63,841 bases of DNA, filler included, from Octopus bimaculoides (GCF_001194135.2; 5 parts of 5 records of this genome joined end to end with filler, not necessarily neighbours in it), one strand, 5' to 3'. Positions 25,280 to 39,274 are shown, counted from the first letter of the whole stretch. Translations and numbers: made by a program. The notes: generated from the letters alone by a model not told the origin.

Positions 25280-26225
25280 TTTCTCTCTCTCTCTATATAG
25301 AAGGCTGGAGGGTATATCAGTTGAAACATTGTGTTAACAACAAACAAGATGAGGACAAATATCCGTCAAATGTAAATAATGTAAATACTGACAGAAACCT
25401 GACGTAAATATATATGTGTGTGNNNNNNNNNNNNNNNNNNNNNNNNNNNNNNNNNNNNNNNNNNNNNNNNNNNNNNNNNNNNNNNNNNNNNNNNNNNNNN
25501 NNNNNNNNNNNNNNNNNNNNNNNNNNNNNNNNNNNNNNNNNNNNNNNNNNNNNNNNNNNNNNNNNNNNNNNNNNNNNNNNNNNNNNNNNNNNNNNNNNNN
25601 NNNNNNNNNNNNNNNNNNNNNNNNNNNNNNNNNNNNNNNTATATATATTTATACATAAACCCACACATATACATATATATACTCCCCTCAACAAAGCAGT
25701 TCGTCGAAAGAGAACGATAGAGCACCTATCAGGCTTTTATACGCAAAGTACAGTGGGTATTCGTTCATTTAAAATTCTTCAAGGCAGTGCTAAGGCATAG
25801 CGTCAGTCTAATTACCAAAACCGATAAAAGATAGAAGACAGAAAGTTAAATAGCAGATAAGAAAAAAATAAAAAACAGGTTTCAACCTTTGATTCACCTG
25901 GAATATATATTTTAGCTTTCTACCCGTAATTTTGGGGTTACTTGGATATATATAACTAACAACCTCAAAACTAGTCTTCAGAAAAAAAAAAAATTCACCA
26001 AAGCAGAAACTAGACAAGTAGTTAGGTAATTATTGTTCAAAGCCATTAATGGAACTGTGAAAATATGGAAAACATTCTGAATATAAGCACAGCTACATAA
26101 ACGCATGTGTGTATATAGAACGCGTAGTTTTGCACAGGTAACGTCGTCGCTCCTTGCACATGCATATGCGATTGCATATACATGCATATATCTATACAGG
26201 TGTATATGTATGTTTACGTACGTAT

Positions 26226-26259
<34 letters not shown>

Positions 26260-26377
26260 GCATATGTATTTGTATGTGTACAGTAGAATGAAATTATGAC
26301 GCAAGTTTACCTGAAACCTAGATATTTATATGTGTATCAATATATCTTTATAGGTTTATATATTTACATTGAACAGG

Positions 26378-26452
<75 letters not shown>

Positions 26453-26536
26453 GTGTGTGCGTCAGTGTATGTGAGCATGTCTGTATGTGCATATATGTAT
26501 GTGTGCATACGTTCTTTATATATATATATATATATA

Positions 26537-26636
26537 NNNNNNNNNNNNNNNNNNNNNNNNNNNNNNNNNNNNNNNNNNNNTTAATTAATTAANNNNNNNN
26601 NNNNNNNNNNNNNNNNNNNNNNNNNNNNNNNNNNNN
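26537..26636. other. Artificial scaffold-join linker
   Basis: 44 N + TTAATTAATTAA + 44 N. Confidence 0.95.
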
Positions 26637-26698
26637 TCTATTAACCCATTTATTCTATCCGAATTATTATTAATTAGGATAAAATAAATACATATAAT

Positions 26699-26739
<41 letters not shown>

Positions 26740-26829
26740 AATGAGAAATAAGGATAGTTTGCTTTTCATTTCTCTCTCTTTCTCTCTCTACACACACATG
26801 CATAATATATACCCACTCAGTGCTTTGTG

Positions 26830-26975
26830 AAGTCAGTTTTGTTGTGATGGGGGTGGGTTCCATGAAAACCTCATTTCACCAGATATCCTGGTCCTCTGTC
26901 ATTTTCCCTGCGAGACTCAGAGTTCTAAGGTCAGCTTTCATCACTTCAACCCATGTCTTCCTGGGTCTTCCTCAT
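26830..26975 (-). mobile_element. RTE-like LINE 3' fragment
   Basis: Minus strand translates GRPRKTWVEVMKADLRTLSLAGKMTEDQDIW, typical of RTE-clade C-termini. Confidence 0.6.
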
Positions 26976-27278
26976 CCACATTTAAATTTTATTACTATTG
27001 ATAATTCATGTATAATATAGAGGGCATTTAAATTTTATGCATTTTTATCTGTGGGAATGGTGTTTGTCATTGGATGAGGTTGTATTGACATTTAGTGCTG
27101 AAATTCAGTAAACCACATTATTTTCATTATAATTGGCATCATTTAATATCTGCTTTTTAGTGCAATCAGACATTAACTGGTATGTTGTACTAATTTTCAC
27201 ACGTCACTGCATATGGTTCTAATCCTTATCATATCATGTCCATCTAAAAGTTAACTTTTAAAATGTCTATTTTTCTAG

Positions 27279-27502
27279 TGGCCCATATTGGTGTCGGAAT
27301 CAGTGGACAGGAAGGAATGCAGGCTGTTCTTGCAAGCGACTATGCCTTATCACAGTTTCGATATTTAGAACGCCTACTTCTTGTTCATGGCAGATGGTCT
27401 TACTTACGCATGTGCAAATTCTTGAAATATTTTTTCTATAAGAATTTTGCCTTCACATTGTGCCACTTCTGGTATGCATTTTTTTGTGGATTTTCAGCTC
27501 AG
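27279..27502 (+). CDS. ATP8B: P4-ATPase phospholipid flippase (ATP8B family), internal exon
   Basis: TTTTCTAG acceptor, CAG/GTAAGT donor. [74 protein letters not shown]. Confidence 0.97.
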
Positions 27503-27771
27503 GTAAGTTGTTTTGAGTATATATTATAAAATATTGTTTTATAATCATCTAACATTTTGTAATATTATAATCTTCAACATTACTTCCACAGCTTTGCTGT
27601 AGAAGCCCCATTTTCCTCTTCAGTTTTCTGTCACATGCTCCCTCCTAACAATGACCTGTATCTTCTCTTAGCAATACTCAGAGTTTGCAAGTTATTCGCT
27701 TATATCTGTATTGCATATTTCATGTAGTTATGTGTTAGGCTCATGGTTCTCTTTACTTTTTCACTCATTCA

Positions 27772-27960
27772 GCATCATCATTTAACATCCATGTTTTGTA
27801 CTGCCATGAGTTGGATGGTTTAACAGGATCTGATGGGCCCAAGAACTGCATTATGTGCTAGTGTTTGTTTAACATGGTTCTACTGTTGGATGCCCTTGCT
27901 AACATCAACCACTTTACAACATGTACCTGGTGCTTTTGTGCTACCAGTATTAGTAACGTT
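27772..27960 (-). mobile_element. (GAT)n-tailed retroposon fragment (RTE-related SINE or LINE 3' end)
   Basis: CATCATCATTTAACATCCATGTTTT...GAGTTGGATGGTTT matches the reverse complement of 54271-54413 and the copy at 39690-39880. Confidence 0.55.
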
Positions 27961-28287
27961 GTTATGCAGCTTGCAAGACTATGAACCTCAAATGTAGATG
28001 GAGGACTTCGTGCTAGGAAAATAAGGAGTAGAGAGAGGTAAGGTATGAGAGAAAGGACCAGAGCAGAATGGCTGTCCTGCTGTGGAGGAGCAACATGACC
28101 ACTCACATTTTAGAAAAGAGAGTGTGGAGCAGTAAAATTCTTTTTGTGTAGCATTTCTAAGTTGCAAGGAAAAGATAGGATGTCTTTGTGGGCTATGTAT
28201 ACTTATCATCATTTACTACTAAATAATGGGAAAATAATGGTATTTGAGCCACATTAATTTCATTATAATCAGCATCATTTAATATCT

Positions 28288-28372
28288 GTTGATTTGGTGA
28301 AATGCAACAAAAAGTCTGTTACTCTTGCAATTGGAGATGGTGCTAATGATGTCTGCTTGATTAACAGTAAGT
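28288..28372 (+). pseudogene. Degenerate, out-of-order fragment of the preceding ATP8B exon (GDGAND motif) with its splice donor
   Basis: Translates VDLVKCNKKSVTLAIGDGANDVCLIN+a/GTAAGT. This motif normally precedes AHIGVG, but here it lies 3' of it. Confidence 0.85.
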
Positions 28373-29526
28373 TAGTGCAATTGTAGTTTAACTGCTATGC
28401 AGTACAAATTTTTATATGCCACTTCATATAGTTCTAACCCTTAACATATCATGTCCATCTAAAAGCTAACATAAACTAACAATTACGTTTTAGTGAAACA
28501 TTTAAGTCATTTGTTGATTTCATTTCATGTGCAATTCCTTTGCATATTTAGTATTTATAAAGACTTGGATCTTTGTTTATTTACCAGAGATCCCATTGCA
28601 ATTTTAATGTAACCATTGTTTGTTCTATATACATAGAGTATTGAGTTTCCCTCTACTTTTATTAATAGTGAGCAAGATCTCTTCATAGGTTTCCTGTCAT
28701 CATTAGTACTTCAGTCTCTGCCTTGTGACTTTAGGTCTTTGACATGTTGACCTTCTTTACTGAATTTGCTGTTAATTTTAACATTATTTACATTTGATTT
28801 AATGACTCTCACAAATTCTCATTAACTTTCTTAGTGCCACCTGACTACAAAATATTTGACTTGTCCAAGACTTTTTTTTTTAGGCTAATGGATATGTGCA
28901 TATTATTAATAAAAATTTGAAGTTTTTGTACTGGAAAAATTATATCTGTGGCTTGATGTCTCAGAGCAGGCTGTAAATGTTCAAATCTTCAGCTGGTGAA
29001 GAATGTACCATTAAACATAGACAAATGATTGGTTACTTCAAGATAAAAGTTAGACAGTCAAAGACTGCAGACAAACTGGGAAAGAAAGATCTGTGGAAAC
29101 TGAAATATCCCTCTACTCTACATAACTACTAAGAATACTGACACCTATAACATGAAGGAGGAGGGGGTGTTAGGCTGAATATTTTTATCAGGCAAATTGC
29201 TGACATGCAATCTATGTAAAGTAGATAGAGATATAAAAGCTAGGGGGCAGATTGGGAAATAATGGAAGAAGCAGTGGAGGCAAGAAACAAGATCACATTC
29301 TTAGAAGAGAAACGAGATATCAGATACCTTTTGCAAGGAGAGAATCTCAAAGATGTTTGCTAATGTTGTGAGCCAACATTGTGTTTCTTAATATGATCAT
29401 TGAATTCACAGGTTACGGTATCTTTTGAGATAGCTTGCATGATGATCTTGGTTCTCTTTTTGCATGTTCTTTACTTTTAAGTGTGGGTCATAAACAGAGT
29501 TCAAGGATTCTGTCACCTGGCATAAT

Positions 29527-29730
29527 TACTCTTTTACTTGTTTCAGTCATTTGACTGCGACCATGCTGGAGCACCGCCTTTTAGTTGAGCAAATCGACCC
29601 CAGGACTTATTCTTTGGAAGCCTAGTACTTATTCTATCGATCTTTTGCCAAACTGCTAAGTTACGGAGACGTAAACACACCAGCATCGGTTGTCAAGCGA
29701 TGTTGGGGAGACAAACACAGNNNNNNNNNN

Positions 29731-29765
<35 letters not shown>

Positions 29766-29930
29766 TATACAATGGGATTCTTTCAGTTTCCGTCTACCAA
29801 ATCCACTCACAAGGCTTTGGTCGGCCCAAGGCTATAGTAGAAGACACTTGCCAAAGGTGCCACACAGTGGGAATGAACCCAGAACCATGTGGTTGGTAAG
29901 CAAACTACTTACTACACAGCCACTTCTGCG
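29527..29930 (-). mobile_element. Full-length SINE family 1 with internal (TA)n
   Basis: Head, body and tail AGGCGGTGCTCCAGCATGGTCGCAGTCAAATGACTGAAACAAGTAAAAGA on the minus strand. Confidence 0.9.
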
Positions 29931-30372
29931 CCTATATTCAAATTAAGTTCTACAATTTTCAGAAGGAAGTTTGTGTTTTTTCAGTTTTTTAGGAGAGTAA
30001 ATATTGTTTTAGTTTCTTTGTCTTCTCTGATGTATGAATACTCACTTTCCTGTGACCTCATTTTTTTTTACCACTTCTCCTAACACAGTTGTTGGAATGT
30101 CCATATATTCTTTAGAGGGTTATTAGAGTGTATGAGATGTTAAATTTCAAGAAAAATGTGTGAGAGTTCAACTCTGGTTTTGTACCTAAACTAGAGCAGA
30201 GATAATTGTGGTCTCTAAGTGACCTGATCTTTCTTTCTTGGCCTTTTAACATTTTGTAATAGGGGATTTCTTTACTGTACTATATAGACATAAGACATTT
30301 TGTACATTTCTATATTCATATTTTTTTGTATTTTATTTGTGGTATCTGTTTCCTTTTTTTTTTACCTATATT

Positions 30373-30417
<45 letters not shown>

Positions 30418-30469
30418 GTCTGTCTGTCTGCCTGTCTGTCATGAGAATTATTATCATTATTTTTATTAT

Positions 30470-30800
30470 TATAATAATTGGTCTGAGTTCAAATTCCATC
30501 AAGATCCACTTTGTCTTTCATCCTTTTGGGATCAATAAAATGTAATTGACCTGTTCACTACCCTGAAATTGCTGGCCTTGTGCCAACATTTGAGACCATT
30601 ATTATTATAATTGGTAGTAGTGGCTAACTGGTAGAATTGTTGGAACATTGGTAGTAATGACTTGCAGTATTTCTTTTGGCTCTGTATGAGTTCAAATGTT
30701 GCTGAGGATAGTTTTGTCTTTTTTCCCTTTCGGCTCAATGAAATAAAGTACCAGTTAAGTACTGACACTTTCCCCTAAAAATATAGCTGGCCTTATTTGC
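30470..30800 (+). mobile_element. Two diverged SINE family 3 fragments
   Basis: CTGAGTTCAAATTCC...CTTTCATCCTTTTGGGATCAATAAAAT and GAGTTCAAATGTTGCTGAGG...AATAAAGTACCAGT. Confidence 0.55.
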
Positions 30801-30984
30801 AGTAGTTGTAATACTACTAGTACAAATATTTGCTGATCAATAATATTTCATTGGTGATCAAAAGTAGAAATTGGAAAACAAGTAACAAAAATATGAATTG
30901 CATTTATATAAATAGTATTTAGATAATAAACTTGCATATAACTGAAACTCCATATTCTAAAATGTTTTATTATTATTATTTCAG

Positions 30985-31068
30985 ACACTCTATGATCCAT
31001 ATTTTATTTCTCTCTACAATGTCTTTTATACTTCCCTACCAGTACTTGCAATGGCTATTTTTGATCAG
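30985..31068 (+). CDS. ATP8B: ATP8B-family exon (84 nt, absent from the ORF track)
   Basis: TTTCAG acceptor, CAG/GTAAAT donor. TLYDPYFISLYNVFYTSLPVLAMAIFDQ; phase 0/0 fits both neighbours. Confidence 0.96.
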
Positions 31069-32276
31069 GTAAATACCCATTAAAAAAATTTTATTTTATC
31101 ATTAAGATCAAACTAAATACTTTATATTTCATTTGCTACTTATATTACATTTTTACATTCAATTTCCATTCTGTTTAACATTGCCTTTTTCATATTTACA
31201 GGGGATTGAGTAATAAAATAAGGGGTTAAATTAAAAGTCAGCAAATTAAGAAATAGTAATGAAAATAAATGATTTATTGTTGCTGTTTTTGTATAATTAT
31301 AAACAAAATACTTAGAACATAGGACTAAATACCTTGTGTTGTTTATTCACACTGCTTGTGATCTGAGTTTACATCCTGCCAAGGTCATCTTTAATCTTCA
31401 TCGTTTATGTTTTCAGAATTGATAAAGTATCTGTCCAGGATGGTGAACTGGTTCTTGCTGAACAGTGTGTCTTGTCATACTTGTTCTGGCTCTTTGTATT
31501 CTGAGCTCAAATCCTGCTGTGACCCACTTGGGTGGTAGACTTAATCCATCCGCTTGTTTAGCACTCACTCACCAGGTCTTTATGCCTTCAGCAGAGTCTT
31601 CTCTATTACAAGCATCTGAGCCAGGTCTCCAGTTTGAAGATACCTTTTCCCCTCCGGTAGGAACCAGTCTTCTGTATAGAGTTATGGACTCTGTCCTTTC
31701 TCTTGACTAAGTAATAAAAAATGTATCATTGTAGTCTGCCTAGAATAAGATTCTTGCCAATTGTGACTTACTCTTTTGTACTAGACTGTAGTATATCATA
31801 TTTATTTGCAACTAATCCACTTCCAGTGGTAATGCTAAGTTTGAACTCAGTGTGAAAAGTATTGTATTACCACACAGTATCTTTATAAACAGAATTGTTG
31901 CTGAAACTGGGATAAACTCTTGAAGGAACTGGACTATTGGTAGAATTTGCTGATATGTTTTGGTCATAGCAGAGTCTTTTTTGGTGCTCCTGTTAAATAA
32001 ATCATCCTTGATTTAACAGTATCATTGATTTCAAATGAAATAATTGTAACTTTTGATATAGACTGATGATTGAGACAGTTGGTTATTCGAACAATTAAAT
32101 GCCTAGTCCAACTTGGCATCAAGTCTGCTGCATTGTGTGTTGCAGTATATCAAATTCAAGGATGCATTTGGTATAGTACTATCTAATATAATTGCGCGTA
32201 ACTTATTTTTACTTTTGTTTTTCTTTCATCTCTCATATATCTGTATATAATATAGAAAATATTTTAAATATTGCAG

Positions 32277-32522
32277 GATGTCGATGAATACTATTCCATC
32301 AAATATCCTAAATTGTACACACCTGGTCATAAAAACCTCCTGTTTAATAAGAAGCTATTTTTATGGAGTGTAGCAGAAGGGATTGTGTCATCATTAATTC
32401 TGTTCTTCATCCCTTATGGAGCATTTGGTACCAGTGTTAATTCTCAGGGGAATGATACAAGTGATCATCAGTCACTTGGTGTTGTTGTAGCGAGTACTTT
32501 GGTGGTGGCTGTTAATCTGAGG
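32277..32522 (+). CDS. ATP8B: ATP8B-family exon (246 nt)
   Basis: TTGCAG acceptor, AGG/GTAGGT donor. DVDEYYSIKYPKLYTPG...SDHQSLGVVVASTLVVAVNLR. Confidence 0.96.
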
Positions 32523-32747
32523 GTAGGTATTTTTACTGAACATTTTCAAGTCTACAGTAAGATATTGTGTGCCATTTGTTTTTATTTTCTTTATTTTTTA
32601 GATCTAATATTTAAAGTGTAAATTGTATTGTCTGCTTAGATAAGTTAGCAAACTATTTTTCTTGTCTGAAATTGGATAAGAAAAGAAAGATTGTGAATGG
32701 ATAGACTAATAATAATTTCTTTAATAGTAATATTAGTAGTAGTAGTA

Positions 32748-32787
<40 letters not shown>

Positions 32788-32837
32788 TGATAATTGATGA
32801 GCACTGTTATTGATAAAGAATATCTCTCTCATTTCAG

Positions 32838-33386
32838 TGTGCCATTGACACATCATATTGGACAGCTTTCAACCACATTTTTATCTGGGGTAGTATTATC
32901 TTTTTCTTTTGCTTCACCTTTGCTTTCTATTCCGACATCTTTGAGTACAGCTACCAAGGAGTGGCAGTGTCTGTTTTCTCAACAACTCAATATATATTCT
33001 GTTTGATTTTGACCTGTGGTATCCTTTTAGTCCCAATTCTGGCTTATCGCTTTTATACATTGGACACTAACCCTACACTCTCTGATCGGGTTCGTCTGAA
33101 GCAGCGTATGACAAAAACCAAATCGCGATCCCAAAACTTCAATGTTGGACGCCAGTCTACAATCCGTCGAAGTCAACGATCAATGCGATCAGGATATGCA
33201 TTTGCCCATCAAGAAGGTTTTGGCCAACTCATCACCAGTGGCTTAAATATGCGCAGCCGTGTTCAAAGTGAAGCAGCAATATCAGATAAGTCTCCGATTA
33301 AATTAAAGGGAATCACTCGACTATCAAGCACAACTGGAGAACCAATACATACCAATTCAGGCAGTTTCAATGCAATCAGAGCATAA
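32838..33386 (+). CDS. ATP8B: ATP8B-family terminal coding exon
   Basis: TTTCAG acceptor. CAIDTSYWTAFNHIFIWGSI...RSGYAFAHQEGFGQLITSG...FNAIRA*; the RSGYAFAHQEGFG motif is characteristic of ATP8B C-termini. Confidence 0.96.
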   Translation, partial: CAIDTSYWTAFNHIFIWGSIIFFFCFTFAFYSDIFEYSYQGVAVSVFSTTQYIFCLILTCGILLVPILAYRFYTLDTNPTLSDRVRLKQRMTKTKSRSQNFNVGRQSTIRRSQRSMRSGYAFAHQEGFGQLITSGLNMRSRVQSEAAISDKSPIKLKGITRLSSTTGEPIHTNSGSFNAIRA

Positions 33387-33483
33387 AAACACTATTCATG
33401 GGAGGGTCTGATGTAATTCTGTATAATGTAGATGGAGAAACTGTACACCTGTTCGATCCTTCTGTATGTATGTATGTATAAGA

Positions 33484-33524
<41 letters not shown>

Positions 33525-33853
33525 ACATACTCAATCATATATCAATAGACAGTATATTTTATGAGTGTGAAATCATGTTTACAGTAATACTATGAAGAAA
33601 GTAAAAGTAAAGGAACTTAATACCTACTTGAAATAGATATTAACTGTGTATGGTTATAGTTTCATTATTGCATTAGTCAAAGTTTCATATCCTTCTGAAG
33701 AATATTCCTTAGATGATGCTACAAGTGCTTTCCTCTGCTATAGAGACAAAAGCCTTGTATGGGAAGATATTCATCCTAGCTGCTACCATCATCTGAAGAA
33801 TATTCAAAAATAACGACATGAAGTTTTGACTAACAGAATGTTGTAAACTGAAA

Positions 33854-33892
<39 letters not shown>

Positions 33893-33939
33893 AGTATGTG
33901 CATGTATATGATTGTGCATATATATTTCTCTGTGTGTGT

Positions 33940-33986
<47 letters not shown>

Positions 33987-34132
33987 GTATGTATGTATGT
34001 AAAGATAGATACAAATATGTGTGTGTGTTTATGTATATCTATGTATATGGTTATATACATAAATATTTATATATGTATGCTGTATATATATATGTATATA
34101 TTTATATGTATATACACATCATACATATATAA

Positions 34133-34164
<32 letters not shown>

Positions 34165-37100
34165 NNNNNNNNNNTATATATATGTATATATTTATATATG
34201 TATGATGTGTATGCATGCATTCATAGATACAAACATGTCTATATAAGCTTATATGTGTACACACACTTATAGAAAAATGTACACACAAAATTCACCTCAC
34301 ATTAAAATATACATGCATCAGTGCTAACATTTCTCCATTTTCAAACAGAACAAAGAAACTTTGGCATGGTATCACATAACCATTTTGGAAATATATTATG
34401 GGTTGATGTGAATGAAAATAGCCCTTTATGGAAACAGAAGTCAATGAACAAAGGTGCTACTTAAAAATTTGCATCAGCTTACAAATTACTGCACAACATA
34501 CAAAAATACCATCACCCACATTTCTTTCTCTCTTTTTTTTTTAAAAAACCAATTTCATCTTCCATTTTCATAAATATGAAGATAAATCATTGACTGGATT
34601 TCTAATTCTATTTATCAACTCCTGCTCTGTGCAGAGGCAAAAATCTATTCTTTTGTAAGTTTGATGCAATTTAGGGAAATCTTTATAATGGTTCATTTTC
34701 AATTGTAAGCAGTTTGAATGCATTTTTTCTTGCAATTTTCTGCTTGTATCGATCAGCTAGATGCTATAGTATGCATTAATATTTGTATCATTGCACATTT
34801 ACAGCTAAAAATCATTTTTTCTATCATCACAATATTGCCATCATTTGTTAATATTTTCCTAAAACTGTTTTACTTGGTGATGTTTTGTTTTAGAGAAAAT
34901 TTGTAAATAATAATAATTGATTATACAAGAATTTTTGGATGCTGACTATTTTAAAATAAAACATTTCAACTATTCTATAATGCACAACTTAAACAAGAAG
35001 GGCTACTAAGGGCACTTTTTCCCGGCTCCTTTATTTTTCTTGTAGTATTTCAGTACAAATTGTTTAGTAAGCAATGATAAACATGTGACCTGGACCCATT
35101 ACTGTGTTCATGAGTCCTTTTTGGGGCATTTCTTTAGGCATATCTTTCATAACTTTAGTTAACATAAGTCTGTTTACTTCCAAAATTTAACTACATCAGT
35201 GGAATTGATAATCCAAGCCATGGTAATGTTAAATCTTTCTGTAAATCTCATGAGCTGCTGAGTAGTGAGTTAGTCCTGAAAAGAGAAAGATAGAATGGCT
35301 TAAGACTAAGGGCCTCAGCCCTTCTCTCTGCAAAATATGTTAGAATACGTTTTGATGGTATTGACTTTCAGTAAACCAGATGGATTTAGGAATGGTAGTT
35401 TCATCAGTTAAAATTTTTTTAGTTCAACCCAAGCAGCTGATGAACTCAGGAATTCCTTCTATTTCTAACTCTTTGTGTTGCATCTGGGATTTTGTATCCC
35501 ACATTTGTAAATTTATCAAGCTCGTCCTCATGTAATACTCATGGAGAGTCATATCTTGCCCACTTGAGAATAGAGTGTTATTGAGATGACGAAACCTGTA
35601 TGTAAAAATTTCAGTGCCTGATTGAGCAAGTGCAAAGTGCACCAAATACATTAACAGTGTCCACAATCTGTTTAATACATCTATCAGTTAGGATAACATT
35701 TTTTGGGTGCTTCATTTGTAAGCTCCCACCTGTATACATGCCCGGTGGAGTTTGTTTTGAGTTCACTTATATTGAAAATTGCTTCAGGCATTTTAGTTTG
35801 CTTCCATGCCTAACTTGTGAGAAATAGACAAAAGTGGATGTTTTGGAGTGAAGTCTCAATAGTTTTTGATTGGAGCAGCTAAGAGCATTTTTGAAAGAAC
35901 ACTAGTTTTAAAACATTATATCACATATAAGGACTCAATACTGACTTGAACTATTATAACTATTTAATTGAGTAGTGGTAGGATTCAGGGTTAAGAACAT
36001 TTTGTGAAATTAAGAATGAAATTCAGCTTCAGAGAATGACTATGGCTTGCTAGTTATGTATAAACAACATAGCTATTTTATAAAGATATCATGTCCTGCC
36101 ATTTTGATTATTATATCCCATTTAAAGATGTGTTTGCATTCAGTGTGTACACACATTCACACACTTCATTTAATGGTTTGAAAGACCATGGAAATGATTT
36201 TATAATATATTTATTTCAGTATCTAGAGATTTTAACTGAGTAGTAAAATGTTAAAAGACAATCAGATTAATAAAAAGAAATTAATTTTATGGTTAAGAAG
36301 ATATATTTTGTTACTTGCTGGGAAAATATTTTAAAATGTTCTTAACATAATTTGATCTTTAATGTAGGTATTTCTACATTAATAAAAATAATTCTTTCAG
36401 TTCTCAAATTAAGTTTAATTTTTTTCTCATGAAGGAGAAATTAAAAGAAAGAAAAAAAATGTGTTAAATTAAAAATTATTTTGTGAGATAACATGTAATG
36501 AAACTTTGGGTTTTGTATAAACAATATCTCTTGAAAGATAAAAAATCAAGAATGTTTCCTCTTTTAACTTTATATTTCCAATTAACAGCTAAATTGTAAT
36601 TAAAAAAATTTTCCTTTATACTGCTTTAGTGGTTGAAGTCTGTTGAAATATAATGGGAAAGAAATATCAAGAAATTTATCCCCAAATCCATGGGTAGTAC
36701 AAATGGTACTAACTGAACAATGTTCATTTTAGTACCTAAAGTTTGATGTCTCATTTTTTCTGAGTCTGAATCTCACCAGTGTTGGTATTGCCTTTCACAT
36801 TTCTAGATTTGGTAAAGTATATTGTAGTATGCCACTTGATTTTACCAGTTCTCTTTACAAAAAGAAAAAAAAAGCACCTATTTCTATGCAAAAGAAATCA
36901 TCATTATCATTTTTATTAAGTTCCATGGCAAACTGAATCTTTGGTTAAGGTTCAGTTTCTACTTGGAACTGTTTCATTTATATTCCTAAAGACTTTGAAA
37001 AGACATGAATAGTATGAAATCTGGTTTCTACTGTTTCTGTCATTCTGTTACATCATGTTCATATGCAAAAATATATTACTATTATTGTTTTGTATATGAA

Positions 37101-39274
37101 CAAAATTTGGTATAAATGCTGGGCTAGATAATTTGTAGTGTCATGTTTTGTGCTTCATGTTTCTGTATTCAAATCACCACACTGGAAGTACTTTAACTTT
37201 CCCTCTCATATGTATATATGTATGTATGTATGTATATGTATGTGTATATATATATATATATATGTAAAATATACCATGGTTAATGGAATTTATTGTTCCT
37301 CCGTTTTACAAAAAACAACTTTGTCTATCATTGTGTGTCACTATAATTGTTTATAAATTAGACAAATGAATCATGTATGAAACTTATGACTAATGGATTT
37401 TGAGCTTGTCTTAATCCTGATAAAGATACTTCACTTCATTTCTGTTTTTGGAAATCATAATGATTTAGAAATTATAATCTTTTCAAACATAATTGTGTTA
37501 TCCATGGTTTGGTATTATCAATTAAGCATTATTACTTTAAAATTACTATGCTTCATTCATGGCAGTGTTTATAGTTCCCTAAATTCAATATTATCCCTTT
37601 ACTATATCTGTGATTTACAAAAAAGAGCTAAAGTCGATATTTTTGGGGGAAGTTTAAGTACTCTAAATGAAAACTTTTATGAGTAAAGTGTTACACTGCA
37701 TCAATTATGAAAATTTTCAGGAAGTGATTGGTTCATTTTCCTCTCATTGTTTCTTAAAATTTCTTTGAGTTGTTAATAACACAATTAATGAGAATGTTTT
37801 ATTTAAAATGTTTTGGGAAATTTGTACATATAAATTCATATTCCACCTTGTTATATTTTAGAGTAACATTTTGGATATTAGTTGACAGGTTATTATGAAG
37901 TAATGTTGCAAACATTATTTCATTTTAATATTTTTAGCTTAATTTACATTTAAAAAATGTCCTTGTTAGAAACAATCCAAATTTTTAATTATATCTTTAC
38001 AGTTTTCTTTAATAATTCTTTTTTTTTCCCCATTTTGGGTGTAATCTTTTCTTTCATCTTTACAAAATCAATTCAGTAAGTTTTTGACAGATGTATAATT
38101 TATATTTTATTTTCTAAGTTGATTTTTTTTTTGGTACATATCCTTTTTAATCTTCAGACCAAGTCATAAATTTTAAAAAGTTTTTCAAGTTCTCTTTTTT
38201 TCATTAAAAGAATATCCCATTCGGATGTACAGATCTACTTTAGTGAGATTTTGTTGCTTTGTATTATTTCATTTCTATTTTGGATTGTTCCCTTTTGTAG
38301 TCTGGAATTTATAATTTTTTTCTCTAATATGAAAAATATGGCATGATTAGTGCCATATTTTCTGATACCCTACTTTTGGGGTTTTAAAACAAAACAATTG
38401 TTAAAGGCAAACACAAAAAAAAGATGTACATTTATGCCTCTCATTTTGTTTTAAATGCACAGCATTATAATGACTGAAGGTGTCTAAGAAACCTGCTATT
38501 TGAAATATTGTGAAAGTGAAAATACTGAAACAAACTTACTCTAGAACTTGATAAGTCCTAAAGCTAAACTCTTGTTTCCTTATCATGCATATTTTGTTAA
38601 TTTATCACAAACTGGTAATGTTAGATAAATGTCTGATCAAATTCCAATTTCTCAAATTTATTTTTTTAATGTGTATGTTGTGTTAGGGATACAAGTCTGT
38701 ATCACCTAAAGAATTATATTTGGTGCCTACATTATTTGTGCCTTCATATGCTCTACCAAATCAACCAATCAACTAACAATTTAATCTTGCAAAATCTTTT
38801 CTTTATTTTGCGTTTTTTTTTTAATCCAAAATCAAGTCCATTCAAATACATAATTCTTTTTTCAAACTGTGGAAAAATGTAAATATTAAAGAAAATAAAC
38901 TTTTGCTTTCCTTTTGAGATTTAAAAAAAGTTAAAATCAGTGTTTATTAATTGGAATGCCAGTAGCAAGTTGTATATAACCAAATTATTGTCACTCTTTT
39001 ATTGGTAATGTTACATAGCAGTGAAACAAATCTTAAATAAAATGTTTAATTTTATATTTCTTTCACAAAGGGTCTAAAGTCAAACAATAGTTGTCACATC
39101 TTAACCAATTAGATGATTTTGTTTTAATTTAGAGATATGAACATAGCAGTTGTGGATTTTAGTTTTAAAAGCTAATTTAATTTGATTAATTATTACTTGT
39201 TTAGAAATATCCTTGTTTTACATTTCCAAAATGGTGGAAACATTGCAAACGGTACTTCAAAGTTTCTCCATTTA

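Noticed and set aside
24751-25407. 218-aa YLSI-repeat ORF
   Set aside because: (ATCT)n tetranucleotide repeat.
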